A DNA stretch of 64,000 nucleotides from Candidatus Methanosuratincola verstraetei (GTDB lineage: Archaea > Thermoproteota > Methanomethylicia > Methanomethylicales > Methanomethylicaceae), in NCBI GenBank assembly GCA_049570475.1, contig CP186953.1, forward strand, positions 416,001-480,000, given 5' to 3'. This document shows, in pieces, positions 30,097 to 38,286 of the stretch. Within the stretch, counting starts at the first letter, position 1; the number at the start of each line of letters is the position of its first letter. Below the pieces are notes generated by a model. That model worked only from the letters and a program-made list of their open reading frames with translations. It ran no database searches and was not told where the DNA came from. The translations under genes were made by a program, and so were the position numbers.

Positions 30097-31176
30097 GTGG
30101 ACCATAAGCGAAGAATCGAAAAAGTAATTTCAGGCATCGGGGGCATGGGGATCGATGGAGCGATGGTACTCAGCCCCGAGAACATCCACTATTTGACTGG
30201 GGCGCCGTTTGTAAGGGGGGGCTATGGCAAGATCCTATACGTCAGCAAAAGCGGAGGAGCCTCGCTGATTGTCACCGATCTGGATTACCAGGAGGTATGC
30301 GACACGGTCGATTCGGCGGAGATAGTCAAGACCGAGTTCATGGAGAAACCTCTCGACAGGCTCAGAAAGATTGCGAAAGGATCAACGAAACTGGGTTTTG
30401 AGGAAGGGGTAATCAGCGCGGCGTTGAAGGAAAAGATCTCCGGAGAGTTCGAGCTGGAGCCCCTCCGCGGGCTCATAGAAAGGATGAGGGAAAGTAAAGA
30501 CGCAGATGAGATCGCAGCAATAGAGAGGGCGCAGTCAATCAACGACAGGGCTTTCGAAAAGGCAGTAGGGAACTTGAGGGAAGGGATGAGCGAACTTGAG
30601 ATAGCTGCGGAGCTCGAATACTACCTGAGGAAAGAAGGGGAGGAATCATTCGCCTTCGAGACGATAGTTGCATCAGGACCCAGAGGGGTCTACCCGCACG
30701 GTATGCCAAGTGCGAGGAGGCCCTCGAGGGGAGATGCGGTTGTGATAGACTTTGGGGCTAAGCTCTGCGGCTACTGCTCAGACATGACGAGGACGATCTT
30801 CTTTGGCAATCCCGATGGAGAGACCAGGAGAGCATATGAGGCAGTCAAGGAGGCGCAGGAGAGGGCCATCGAGATCGCAAGGGACGGAATCTCCGGCAGG
30901 GAGGTCGATGCGGTGGCCCGCGGTGTGCTAGAACGCCTGGGGCTCGGGAAGTATTTTGTCCACGGGCTCGGACACGGGGTGGGCATCGAGATCCATGAGG
31001 CGCCGGTTGTCGGGCCTTCGAACATGAGCCCATTCGAGCCGGGCAACGTGATTACAATAGAGCCGGGGGCATACCTCCCCGGGAAGTTTGGGATAAGGAT
31101 CGAGGACCTTTTGGTCATAGAGAAGGGCAGGAGCAGGGATCTGACAAAGTTCACAAGGGAACTCGTTGTGATTTGA
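30097..31176 (+). CDS. pepQ: Xaa-Pro dipeptidase/aminopeptidase (M24)
   Basis: DFG, YCSDMTRT, HGLGHGVG..IHE, TIEPG, GIRIED. Confidence 0.93.
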   Translation: MDHKRRIEKVISGIGGMGIDGAMVLSPENIHYLTGAPFVRGGYGKILYVSKSGGASLIVTDLDYQEVCDTVDSAEIVKTEFMEKPLDRLRKIAKGSTKLGFEEGVISAALKEKISGEFELEPLRGLIERMRESKDADEIAAIERAQSINDRAFEKAVGNLREGMSELEIAAELEYYLRKEGEESFAFETIVASGPRGVYPHGMPSARRPSRGDAVVIDFGAKLCGYCSDMTRTIFFGNPDGETRRAYEAVKEAQERAIEIARDGISGREVDAVARGVLERLGLGKYFVHGLGHGVGIEIHEAPVVGPSNMSPFEPGNVITIEPGAYLPGKFGIRIEDLLVIEKGRSRDLTKFTRELVVI

Positions 31177-31261
31177 AATCACCCTCCATCACAAAGGTGG
31201 AGGTAGGACCGAACCAAAACAAAATAAATAGATCACAGCAATACAATCCCGTCCTGACCAA

Positions 31262-32080
31262 ATGATGGGTGATGCCCGAGATATGAGAGCGCAAGGTGCA
31301 TTCCAATCAATAAGGGGATGGGCCATAGGCTGGGTCTACAGGTACTATGAGAAGAAGCTATCGAATAGCGTAAAGAACGGGCAGATCCCCCGGCACGTGG
31401 GCCTCATCCTGGACGGGAATAGGCGCTGGGCAAAGGAGCTGGGCCTCGATCCCAATCTCGGGCACCAGTACGGGTTCGAGAAGCTTAAGGAGGTCCTTCA
31501 ATGGTGCTGGGAAATAGGCATAAAAACAGTGACCGTTTATGCGCTCTCGACCGAGAATCTAAAAAGGCCCAAGGAGGAGGTCGATGCCCTGATCGGCTTG
31601 GCTGAAAAGGCGTTCAACGACGTGATCGAGAGCAAGGAGATCCACGAGAGGAAAGTCAGGATAAAGGCCCTCGGCAGACTCCACTTGCTCAAGGAGTCTT
31701 TGAGGGAGTCCATCCGCAGGGCGGAAGAGAGCACCAAGGGCTACAGCGACCGAAGGCTCAATGTAGCAATAGCTTACGGCGGCAGGGCTGAGATACTCGA
31801 CGCTGCAAGGAAGATAATCGCAGACGTCATAAACGGGGACCTCGAGGTTGGTGAGATAAACGAAGAGACCTTTTCTAAGTACCTATACACGGCAGAGGAT
31901 CCGGATCCGGACCTCATAATAAGGACCTCAGGGGAGGAGAGGTTGAGCGGTTTCCTGCTGTGGCAGAGCGCGTATTCCGAATTCTATTTCATGGATGTCT
32001 ACTGGCCAGAGCTGAGGAAGATAGACCTCCTCAGGGCTATTAGGACCTACCAAAGGAGGCATAGGAGATTCGGCACTTGA
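31262..32080 (+). CDS. uppS: cis-prenyltransferase (polyprenyl diphosphate synthase)
   Basis: HVGLILDGNRRWA, STEN..R, IRTSGE.RLS.F, RRFG. Confidence 0.96.
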   Translation: MMGDARDMRAQGAFQSIRGWAIGWVYRYYEKKLSNSVKNGQIPRHVGLILDGNRRWAKELGLDPNLGHQYGFEKLKEVLQWCWEIGIKTVTVYALSTENLKRPKEEVDALIGLAEKAFNDVIESKEIHERKVRIKALGRLHLLKESLRESIRRAEESTKGYSDRRLNVAIAYGGRAEILDAARKIIADVINGDLEVGEINEETFSKYLYTAEDPDPDLIIRTSGEERLSGFLLWQSAYSEFYFMDVYWPELRKIDLLRAIRTYQRRHRRFGT

Positions 32081-32166
32081 TGCCAAAAGACCTTGAAATT
32101 TGTTCCAAACCAATGCAATAAATTGAACAGAAATAAATTTTCTTCATATGAAAAGTTAAATATGAT

Positions 32167-32775
32167 TTGATGGCGCCCATATTGGTGCGATCGTTGGAAA
32201 AGGAAGGAAAAAAGCCTAGACGATCGGTAGGTCTTGGGACGTACCTCGTGACTTTGGTCGCGCTGTTGGCTGTTGTTGGAATAATCGCATATATGCAAAT
32301 CAACACCTCAGCCGATCTAGCAGCGCTAAGGCAAGAGTGCCAGGCACAATCACTGATGCTGCAAGCCCTCAACGACAGCTATTTTGATCTTGCGTTCAAG
32401 TTCGGCCGGATCAACCAGAGCTATGTTTCGCTCCAGCAAGAAAACCGGAACCTCTCTGACATAGTCGGGCTTCGAAAGGCAGAGGCGGTGCTGACAAGCA
32501 ACGTGCTGTACCTCCCGGCTAGCGGCTTTGACGGGATAGAGGTTGTTTTGAATTATGCGGGATACCTGAACGTGAGTATATCGACGACAACCCCGATCTC
32601 CATGCTGATCACCAACTACAAGTATGGAATTGTCCTCGACTACCTGGTCAACGGCAACACATTCACATCGGCATCATTCAAGATGCCGATTCTGGGCGGC
32701 ACAACATACCTTCAATTCTTCGCAACCCCATCCTCGCCATCAATAGTAACGATAAACGCGACCCTGCACTACTGA
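32167..32775 (+). CDS. hypothetical membrane-anchored protein (TM, coiled coil, beta domain)
   Basis: Single N-terminal TM after a basic patch; several N-x-S/T sequons. Confidence 0.7.
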   Translation: MMAPILVRSLEKEGKKPRRSVGLGTYLVTLVALLAVVGIIAYMQINTSADLAALRQECQAQSLMLQALNDSYFDLAFKFGRINQSYVSLQQENRNLSDIVGLRKAEAVLTSNVLYLPASGFDGIEVVLNYAGYLNVSISTTTPISMLITNYKYGIVLDYLVNGNTFTSASFKMPILGGTTYLQFFATPSSPSIVTINATLHY

Positions 32776-32990
32776 TCGGACAAGACGCATGACCTGCGAT
32801 CGGACATGGCATTTTACTCAAATTGCGGGAGGGGAACGCTGGCGATTTAAGTAGGGTGGTTTGCGGTGCCAGGAAACGACCGACCTGCCGGGCTCAGAAA
32901 GTTTTCGGAAAAGGCCTCCTGGAGATTTGAAGAGTAGCTCCAAAAGTTTTTCTTTAAGTAACCAAAAACAAGAAGAAAGCAAGCTCAAAA

Positions 32991-33815
32991 ATGCTGCCCC
33001 CAGGAAGGCGGACCTTCACGATGCAACCGTCAAAAAAAACGATAGAGCATTATGTGAAGCATTGCATGAACCCCGATGGCGGATATGCGTTCACACGAGG
33101 GGTCGACTCCAATGCCCAGGACACGTATTTCGCGCTGGCAACGATGGAACTGTTAGGGACAGAAATCAGCGAAAAAGAAAAAACCAAAGCTTGGCTGCGG
33201 GCATATCCTGTGAACGACATCCGATCGCTGTATTACGTCGCGCTTTCCCTGTCGATGCTCGATGAAGAACCGCCCGAGTGCATGGAAGGGCTTCTTGCAG
33301 CATTCCGCCTGAACCAGGATTCGCTATATATCGGGCTTTCCGAATTCGAGTCGCTGTTCATGTACACCTGTCTTGCAAAAAGGTTTGGCATTCACACCGA
33401 AGCTGAGGGCATTCAGCAATTCCTCTTAAAATTCCGGAACAAGGACGGGGGGTTTGGAAAGGACGGGAAATCGAACTTGGTCGCGACGTACCATGCCGTT
33501 TCCGCACTCGAAAACCTCGGCTTCGATGTAGATGCGCTTGGCACAACCATAGAATTTGCAAGGGCTTGTGAAAATCCGCAAGGCGGTTTCGGCACGGTTC
33601 CTAATGCGCACATATCTTATTTAGAGAGCACCTACGCAGGCATTGAGCTCCTGTGGATATTTGGATTGAAGCCCAGGCACCCCCGAGAGTGCATCATGAA
33701 AATCGCCGAAGCATTTCGCTTCAACGGCGGTTTCGCGAGGACTGGGATCGGTATCCCTACACTAGAGAACACTTTCTATGCAGTGTCATGCTTAACAAAG
33801 CTGAACTATTTCTGA
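32991..33815 (+). CDS. prenyltransferase/squalene oxidase repeat protein
   Basis: Repeats of N.DGG[YF]...T[YF].A (NPDGGY, NKDGGF, NPQGGF, FNGGF). Confidence 0.85.
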   Translation: MLPPGRRTFTMQPSKKTIEHYVKHCMNPDGGYAFTRGVDSNAQDTYFALATMELLGTEISEKEKTKAWLRAYPVNDIRSLYYVALSLSMLDEEPPECMEGLLAAFRLNQDSLYIGLSEFESLFMYTCLAKRFGIHTEAEGIQQFLLKFRNKDGGFGKDGKSNLVATYHAVSALENLGFDVDALGTTIEFARACENPQGGFGTVPNAHISYLESTYAGIELLWIFGLKPRHPRECIMKIAEAFRFNGGFARTGIGIPTLENTFYAVSCLTKLNYF

Positions 33816-34214
33816 ATGCCGCAGATCTAGTTTGAAAGTAGCGCCAATACTACTCCATCCAAGGAATAGCTTGCCATTGATTTTTGTCTCTTCCCCATGC
33901 GCATAGGATGTAGCAAGCCCCTAGTCAATGCCAATACAGCTACAACTGCACCTGTGGCAATGGCGTATTTCAGCAAACGCTTTCTTCACGATGAAGAAGA
34001 GGTGCAGCGCCTTATCGCCTCAACATTAGCTTGGCACCCCTCAGATGGCACCCGGAAAGGCGCGGGATGGGGTTGCCCCAGCTGCGGGTCTAGGAGTGAG
34101 ACCAAACCAACAATGTGCCAAAGTCCTACCGTAAGCAGACCCATTCTCTTTCCCATAGTCTTTAATTCTGACAGAAGCATATTGTAAGCAGGAAGGGGTC
34201 AATCGAAAGATCTC

Positions 34215-35339
34215 TTGGTGTCAACGTTGGGACGATGCCATATTTGCGGCGGGCACTCACCCACAATTTCTAGCACACTTGGGGTCTGCTTGCGATGCAT
34301 TCGGGGTAAGCCGGAGGAGGCCCTGAAGATCACTGACGCTGCTCATTCGAAGAGCCGGAGGGCTTTTGGGCTTCCGGCGAAGCCGCCAAAGGATCCTCGC
34401 GGGATTCTTTGTGGCGCTTGCTCCAACAAATGCAAAATAGGGATCGGCGGGAGAGGATTCTGCGGGCTTATCCCCAATACAGGGGGGCGGCTTGTACGGA
34501 CGGGAGGGACAGCCGATAAGGGAATACTGAGATGGTATTACGATCCACTGCCAACAAACTGCGTTGCATGGTGGTTCTGTCCGGGATGCACAGGGGCAGG
34601 TTACCCAAAATACGCGCATAATCGCAACGCAGAAACGGGATATGCGAACCTAGCCGTGTTTTATGGGGCATGCAGCTTTGACTGTCTGTTCTGCCAGAAC
34701 TGGCACTACCGCGACCTGACTGCTTCGCTCAACCCATCTATGAGCGCGGAGAGCCTGGCTGCCAAGGCAGACGGCCATGTGGCTTGCGTATGCTTTTTCG
34801 GGGGAGACCCATCGGTGCAGATGCCTCATGCCCTTAGAGTGAGCGAAATTGCCCTAGATAAGGCTAGGGAAGAGGGGCGCATACTCAGGGTTTGTTGGGA
34901 GACCAACGGGTACTGGGCGACGGAGGCTGCAATGAAGGCGGCTGAGTTCTCACTCGCCAGCGGAGGCAACATCAAGATTGACCTGAAAACGTGGGACGAA
35001 AACTTGAGCATGGCCCTCTGTGGCGTATCCAATAAGCCAACCCTAGAGAGTTTCAGGATGATTGCAGAAGAATACTTTGGGAAGCGCCCTGAATTGCCGG
35101 TATTGAGTGCAAGCACGCTGCTTGTTCCAGGATACGTAGATGTCGAGGAAGTCTCCAGCCTGGCAGGCTTCATAGCGGAAATAGACTCGCGCATACCATA
35201 TACCCTACTGGCATTCCATCCACACCACTTACTCTCGGATCTGCCAACCACTAGCCGAAAAGTAGCCTACCAATGCTACATTGCCGCCAAAAAACATCTA
35301 GATAAAGTTAGGATTGGGAATGTACACTTGCTTTCTTAG
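34215..35339 (+). CDS. radical SAM protein (PflA/AmmeMemoRadiSam-like) with Cys-rich N-terminus
   Basis: CSFDCLFC motif, FFGGDP, ETNG, IDLK; extra CxxC pairs. Confidence 0.9.
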   Translation: MVSTLGRCHICGGHSPTISSTLGVCLRCIRGKPEEALKITDAAHSKSRRAFGLPAKPPKDPRGILCGACSNKCKIGIGGRGFCGLIPNTGGRLVRTGGTADKGILRWYYDPLPTNCVAWWFCPGCTGAGYPKYAHNRNAETGYANLAVFYGACSFDCLFCQNWHYRDLTASLNPSMSAESLAAKADGHVACVCFFGGDPSVQMPHALRVSEIALDKAREEGRILRVCWETNGYWATEAAMKAAEFSLASGGNIKIDLKTWDENLSMALCGVSNKPTLESFRMIAEEYFGKRPELPVLSASTLLVPGYVDVEEVSSLAGFIAEIDSRIPYTLLAFHPHHLLSDLPTTSRKVAYQCYIAAKKHLDKVRIGNVHLLS

Positions 35340-35375
35340 AGCGCCGCCTTGGCAATAGAATTTTATGGAAAACTA

Positions 35376-35452
35376 TGGTGCCCGAGGCCGGATTTGAACC
35401 AGCGACACTCCGGTCTTCAGCCGGATGCTCTCCCAGGCTGAGCTACTCGGGC
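35376..35452 (-). tRNA. tRNA-Phe(GAA), CCA encoded
   Basis: Cloverleaf GCCCGAG...TCCGG-CTGAAGA-CCGGA...TTCAAAT...CTCGGGCACCA. Confidence 0.97.
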
Positions 35453-35476
35453 AACGCTCGTCTATTGACTCCTGGG

Positions 35477-35492
35477 TTTAATAAGTTTTTTT
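35477..35492 (-). promoter_or_regulatory. BRE/TATA of tRNA-Phe
   Basis: AAAAAAC-TTATTAAA about 25 nt upstream of the tRNA 5' end. Confidence 0.6.
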
Positions 35493-35532
35493 GATGGGCA
35501 TATTTTTATTTTCTCCTGCAGCGAATATCAAT

Positions 35533-35598
35533 GGGGCAATGATCGCTCAGAGTTAATTTGACCGCGAGGGATGAAATGAAGGCGTTTGCGATAGCCCC
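35533..35598 (+). ncRNA. candidate C/D-box-like (K-turn) sRNA
   Basis: Terminal stem GGGGC/GCCCC; ATGATCG, 12 nt, TTGA, CC-GCGA-GG hairpin, ATGAAA, about 11 nt, GCGA. Confidence 0.4.
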
Positions 35599-35629
35599 CT
35601 TAGGTCATTTTTGCCGCATTTTCTGGCTC

Positions 35630-35644
35630 CGAAAAGTTAAATAT
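35630..35644 (+). promoter_or_regulatory. BRE/TATA of tRNA-Gly
   Basis: CGAAAAG-TTAAATA about 27 nt upstream of the tRNA. Confidence 0.65.
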
Positions 35645-35670
35645 CCCCTATGCAAAATGTTCACAAAGTT

Positions 35671-35767
35671 GCGGCCGTAGTCTAGCCTGGTCTAGGACGT
35701 TAGCCTGCCAAAGGCTAATGCCTGTAGAACGCTAAGGACCCGGGTTCAAATCCCGGCGGCCGCACCA
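35671..35767 (+). tRNA. tRNA-Gly(GCC) with 19-nt intron at 37/38 (35711-35729)
   Basis: Cloverleaf with TTAGC/GCTAA anticodon stem; BHB from CTGC/GTAG helix, CAA and AAC bulges and AGGC/GCCT stem. Confidence 0.95.
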
Positions 35768-35772
35768 CGTTT

Positions 35773-37035
35773 TTACCGATTAGCCGCCGAAGCTTTCCCG
35801 GCAACGGAAGCGTATATGTCAGAAATCTTCCTGGATGCCATTTCCATCGTGAAGCTCTCGAGCACCCTGGCGCGCGCGTTCTTCCCGTACCGCTCGATCT
35901 TCTCCGGGTCTCCGAGGAGGTTGTTCACGCCCCATGCGATGTCCATTGGATCGTACGGGTTGATGTGGTAGCCGCACTGGCGATCGCCGTAGTTCACAAC
36001 GATCTCCCTCATGCCGCTCACACCCCTCGCCCCGACGACGACGGGCTTCTCCATTGCCATCGCCTCAAGCGCCACGATCCCAAAGGGCTCGTAGATGCTC
36101 GGGAAGACTGCGATGTCCGATGCGGCATAGACGCGCACCCTTTCGTCCTCTGGGAGCATCCTGAAGTCAAATGCGACCCTGTCCTTGATCCCCAGATTCT
36201 CGGACAGGCGGAGCAGCTCCTCCTCGAGGTCGCCCTTGCCGACGACGACAAGCCTAGTGTTTGGGAACCTCTGGAGTATGTGGGGCATTGCCATGACGAG
36301 CCTGTCAACCCCTTTCACAGCGGTCAGGCGCCCCAAGAAGAGCAGCATCCGTTCGCCATCGGATACGCCGTACCGCGATCGGATCGCCTGCCGCTCCTCC
36401 ATTTTAACCCTTTCCGGCGAGTATTTCGAGGTGTCGACCCCGTTCCAGACGACATCTATCTTTCCGGATGGGAAGCCGCAGGTGATCAGCTCTTCACGCA
36501 TGGCGTTGGAAACGGTCACGATCCTGTCCGCGAAGTTGGCTGCCTTCTTCTCGAGGTCGTATATTATCGATGAGCCCCTGCCCAGGCTCCGACCACGCTC
36601 GGTCGAGTGGATGTGGAAGACCATCGGGATCCCAGTCGCCTTCTTAAGCGCTATCCCGGCCATGGCGGAGAGCCAGTCGTGCACCGAGAGGAGGTCGAAG
36701 GATCTCCCTTCTTTGGGGATGAGGTCGTTCGCTATCTTGGTGCTGACCAGCAAGTTGTACACCAGAACCTTCGAGAAGAACTTCGCTGCGGTCCCAGAAC
36801 GCCTCATCTCTTCGGACTCGAATTCGGGGAGCGTATCGGAGAAGTCAATCAGCTTTGGACGGTGGACCTCGACCCCCTCGATGACTTCCCTAGTCTTCAG
36901 CGTGCCGTCGTTCATCGTGAAGGCGGTCACCTCGTGCCCCAAGCGCCTGAGCCCGATAGAGAGCTCGTAGGTGAAGGTCCCCAGCCCCCCCACGACCATC
37001 GGCGGGAACTCCCAGGTAAAGAGCGCTATCTTCAA
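35773..37035 (-). CDS. GT4 glycosyltransferase, glycogen synthase-like
   Basis: WEFPP..VGGLG, HDW, HSTE.GR, EPFGIVALE (EX7E). Confidence 0.9.
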   Translation of the reverse strand: MKIALFTWEFPPMVVGGLGTFTYELSIGLRRLGHEVTAFTMNDGTLKTREVIEGVEVHRPKLIDFSDTLPEFESEEMRRSGTAAKFFSKVLVYNLLVSTKIANDLIPKEGRSFDLLSVHDWLSAMAGIALKKATGIPMVFHIHSTERGRSLGRGSSIIYDLEKKAANFADRIVTVSNAMREELITCGFPSGKIDVVWNGVDTSKYSPERVKMEERQAIRSRYGVSDGERMLLFLGRLTAVKGVDRLVMAMPHILQRFPNTRLVVVGKGDLEEELLRLSENLGIKDRVAFDFRMLPEDERVRVYAASDIAVFPSIYEPFGIVALEAMAMEKPVVVGARGVSGMREIVVNYGDRQCGYHINPYDPMDIAWGVNNLLGDPEKIERYGKNARARVLESFTMEMASRKISDIYASVAGKASAANR

Positions 37036-37125
37036 GAAAAGACACCGCAGGGTAAAGGATCTTTAATTTTCTATAATAAGGATTCGGTGGGATCGGTCAG
37101 ATGCTAGCAAATGGCCCGGGTTGGA

Positions 37126-37542
37126 TCAGCCCCTTGCGATCTCATAGCTCCAAGTGACCTCGGCGATCTTGCTCAGCATGGCGGCTATTGGGCAGACCTT
37201 CGTCATCGTGAGGCTGACTACCCGGTCCACCACGTTGTCGTCAAGATCCCCCTTCAGGACGAAGCGGAGGGCAATCTTCTTGAAGAACTTCGGGTATTCT
37301 TCCCTGCGCTCACCGTCTATGACCACCTCGTAGGACTCGAGCTGCTGCTTCCTGGCCTCGAGCATCGTAACAATGTCGATGCCGGCGCAGCCGCCCAGAG
37401 CGATCAGGAAGAGGTCCATTGGCGTTGTCCCTTCCCCCATACCGCCGTAGTTCTTGTGCGCCTCCATGATGGTCATATGGCCCTGGCTGTCTATTCCCTC
37501 GAACTTCAAACCCCCAGTCCATCTCACTGTCGCATGTGGCAA
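37126..37542 (-). CDS. OsmC/YhfA family protein
   Basis: PMDLFL.ALGGC, K.CPI. Confidence 0.9.
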   Translation of the reverse strand: MPHATVRWTGGLKFEGIDSQGHMTIMEAHKNYGGMGEGTTPMDLFLIALGGCAGIDIVTMLEARKQQLESYEVVIDGERREEYPKFFKKIALRFVLKGDLDDNVVDRVVSLTMTKVCPIAAMLSKIAEVTWSYEIARG

Positions 37543-37624
37543 CTGCGCTCACTGTAGAGAAGCAGGGAAGAAGTATGCTTTTATCTTTTGTTGAAAGGGC
37601 AAAAAGTACGCCCATAAAATGAAC

Positions 37625-37697
37625 TGGGCAGGCATCATGCACTCAAGATCCAAATCATTCCGAGAAGTCATCGGGACAATTCATCATAGCCCGCCCA
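37625..37697 (-). ncRNA. candidate C/D box guide sRNA
   Basis: 9-bp terminal stem TGGGCGGGC/GCCTGCCCA, perfect C box ATGATGA, D' ATGA, C' ATGATT, D ATGA. Confidence 0.6.
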
Positions 37698-37733
37698 ATA
37701 ATCTGATCGCGGATCAGGATAAAAAGCTGATCT

Positions 37734-38156
37734 TTATGGCTGGCGGATGTTCCTTCTGGTGCCTGGGAGCATCCCGTTCCTCTTCAGCCGCCTGAGGGCG
37801 GAGCTGACGCTGCTCGGCTTCGCGTTCAGGATCTTTGCTATCTCGTTCACCGTCATCTCGCCGTTCTTCGAGATCAGGTCGTAGACCTTGTCGTCGAGCG
37901 ACTCGCATGCAGGGAGCGAGACTATGTTGATATGGGAGATGGAAGCCCCCATTATCACAGCCGCAGGCGAGACCTTCCCAGAGAGGTCTGTGCAGTCCTC
38001 CAGGAATATGTTGAGCAGATCCTCGTCCACTTGCACAAGCCTCCCCGTGATGACCTGCTCATCCATGAGGTGGACCTCAACGATGCTGTTTATGTATCCC
38101 TTTAGGCGATCCACAACGGTGACCTTGTCCTTCGTCTGCAGTCTCTGATCCCCCAA
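37734..38156 (-). CDS. LSm/Sm-fold protein fused to a C-terminal HTH
   Basis: L..YI..VEVHL....ITGRL..VD..LNIFLEDC...VIMG..I..I (Sm1/Sm2) followed by MTVNEIAKILN...VSSALRRL (HTH). Confidence 0.8.
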   Translation of the reverse strand: MGDQRLQTKDKVTVVDRLKGYINSIVEVHLMDEQVITGRLVQVDEDLLNIFLEDCTDLSGKVSPAAVIMGASISHINIVSLPACESLDDKVYDLISKNGEMTVNEIAKILNAKPSSVSSALRRLKRNGMLPGTRRNIRQP

Positions 38157-38286
38157 CCGGGTAATTAGTGAACAGGTAGGTTAAAAAAGTAGCGATCATG
38201 CGCCCGGATCGGGCTGCGAGGGACCCGCCTCGGGTATTTTTATATCCAAAACTGGAAAAAGGTGATCCAGGAGAACGTGTTACCAT

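Noticed and set aside
33827-34180. Minus-strand ORF continuing past TGA (33986) into RKRLLKYAIATGAVVAVL, a Tat-like segment
   Set aside because: No recognisable domain or twin-Arg motif; at most a decayed remnant and not evidence of readthrough.
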